A program made the position numbers and the translations under genes. Shown in pieces: positions 62,856-64,000 of a stretch of DNA of 64,000 nucleotides (position 1 is the stretch's first letter; each line of letters begins with the position of its first letter). The notes under the pieces were generated by a model that saw only the letters and a list, made by a program, of their open reading frames with translations, ran no database searches and had not been told where the DNA came from. Source of the DNA: a virus; the IMG/VR virus record IMGVR_UViG_3300046787_000286, positions 16,060 to 80,059 of that record. One strand, 5' to 3'.

Positions 62856-63885
62856 TTAATACTCCTTTGTATGTTTCATTCATCCAGCGACTAATTGGAT
62901 CAGCAAACTCACTCAACTTGTTAAGTTCGAATTTTCCACAGAACTTGAGAAAGTGCATGCCCACTTGCCCAACATCTTTGTGGCTAATTTGCTCTAAGAT
63001 TGCTGCATCTACAGTTGCTTTGATGTCGTCGGGTTGAGCTGTTAAATCAATCAAGGTTCGATTGCGTTCGTAGTCGTCGAGAACTTTGTGCTCTTGTTCA
63101 TTATGATCGGTCCAGCGTTGCAACATGAGATTGTTCCAAGAATATCCTTTCTTGTCACGATCTTCAAACGCTTCTGTAAGACCTACTCGATTCTTGCTAC
63201 CTTTGATAGGAGCACCAGGGTAAGCAGAAAATACATTATCGCCAGTATCACCTCGGATACATTTCAAGAACAATGCCCATTTGTGCCAGTTTGTGGGAGC
63301 CACAAAGCTGGGATCATGTTTTTCAACTTTAATCTTGCTGTCACTCTTAACTGTAAACTTCAACGAACGACCCTTGTCATCTTCTACCCCGTTGACAGTA
63401 AACAAGTGATCGGTGATACCATTATAGAGACTGACGTTTGGTGCAACCAATTGCACAAAATCAGAATCTGAACTTACAATAACATGTTCGTCTTGAGGGT
63501 GTAAAGCAATCCAACGTGCAATGATGTCATCAGCTTCTGCTGTAGCACAGCGAATAACACTACAGTTGGTTTTTGTAGACAAGTATTTAGTCATCTCGTC
63601 ATACGTTTGCCAAAACAGGGTATCTTCTTCTGCTTCTGTTTCTGTCATTGCCTGGCGTGCTACTGTGCGATTGGCTTTGTAAGGCTTGTATGCGTCTTTG
63701 CGCCAGCTACGCCCTTCCAGTGCGAAAACCATGTGATCTGCGCCAAACTTGCGAGCTACTTTGTTTGCGCTCATCATTGTAACTTGCAACGAGAACCCTA
63801 ATTTAGTCCAAGTATCACTAGCACGGTGCGCTGAATGACGGGCACGAAAAAACATATTGGATGTGTCAATTAGCACATATTTCAT
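62842..63885 (-). CDS. rnh: RNase H / 5'-3' flap endonuclease (T4 rnh-like, FEN family)
   Basis: MKYVLIDTSNMFFRA N-terminus; acidic clusters EADDIIA and SSDSDFVQL typical of 5' nucleases. Confidence 0.75.
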   Translation of the reverse strand: MKYVLIDTSNMFFRARHSAHRASDTWTKLGFSLQVTMMSANKVARKFGADHMVFALEGRSWRKDAYKPYKANRTVARQAMTETEAEEDTLFWQTYDEMTKYLSTKTNCSVIRCATAEADDIIARWIALHPQDEHVIVSSDSDFVQLVAPNVSLYNGITDHLFTVNGVEDDKGRSLKFTVKSDSKIKVEKHDPSFVAPTNWHKWALFLKCIRGDTGDNVFSAYPGAPIKGSKNRVGLTEAFEDRDKKGYSWNNLMLQRWTDHNEQEHKVLDDYERNRTLIDLTAQPDDIKATVDAAILEQISHKDVGQVGMHFLKFCGKFELNKLSEFADPISRWMNETYKGVLNDRS

Positions 63886-64000
63886 TAGAAGCCTTAGATT
63901 ATCTGGTTACGAACAATGTATTGTAGCATATAATTTGCCCAAAAGCAATGAGCGTCTTTACCAAAATGCCAAGAATCGGGCGCTACAGTTTGAAACCCGT

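Noticed and set aside
1-64000. CRISPR arrays
   Set aside because: No regularly spaced direct repeats of 25-40 nt were found. The repeated elements present are promoters and short motifs with irregular spacing.

Overview
The window looks like part of a large T4-like (probably cyano- or pelagi-)myovirus genome. That guess rests on a T4-type RNase H/FEN nuclease, MazG, ThyA, a CobS-like AAA ATPase with a vWA partner, tail-fibre-like proteins, many small overlapping early-type genes and numerous host-type sigma70 promoters.

Three regions stand out.

1. Positions ~2.9-24.9 kb: a glycan-biosynthesis island. It holds GT-A-like and TEK-motif glycosyltransferases, a carbamoyltransferase, a DegT aminotransferase and an NAD epimerase/dehydratase. 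Inside it are seven tandem, translationally coupled, highly divergent paralogs of an unusual radical SAM family. An eighth copy lies at 46.3 kb. I think this is the most likely previously undescribed system.

2. Positions ~43-58.5 kb: a very large minus-strand tRNA array.
   - I could parse at least 35 tRNAs by hand.
   - Several degenerate tRNA-like elements lie among them.
   - Also interspersed are an HNH endonuclease, a PD-(D/E)xK nuclease and an ArfB/RF-like GGQ protein.
   - A three-gene, split Pnkp-like RNA-repair cassette (kinase + metallophosphoesterase + RNA ligase) sits in the same region.
   - Two conserved short sequence motifs recur there.

3. Positions 59.37-59.78 kb: a circularly permuted (two-piece) tmRNA gene, with a perfect sigma70 promoter, a tag reading frame and an intrinsic terminator.

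The rest is small phage genes, including an 11-gene array of small paralogs, an AhpC/AhpD pair, an SPFH protein and an OMP-like beta-barrel.

Everything here comes from reading the sequence by eye. The tRNA anticodon assignments in particular should be re-run with tRNAscan-SE or ARAGORN.
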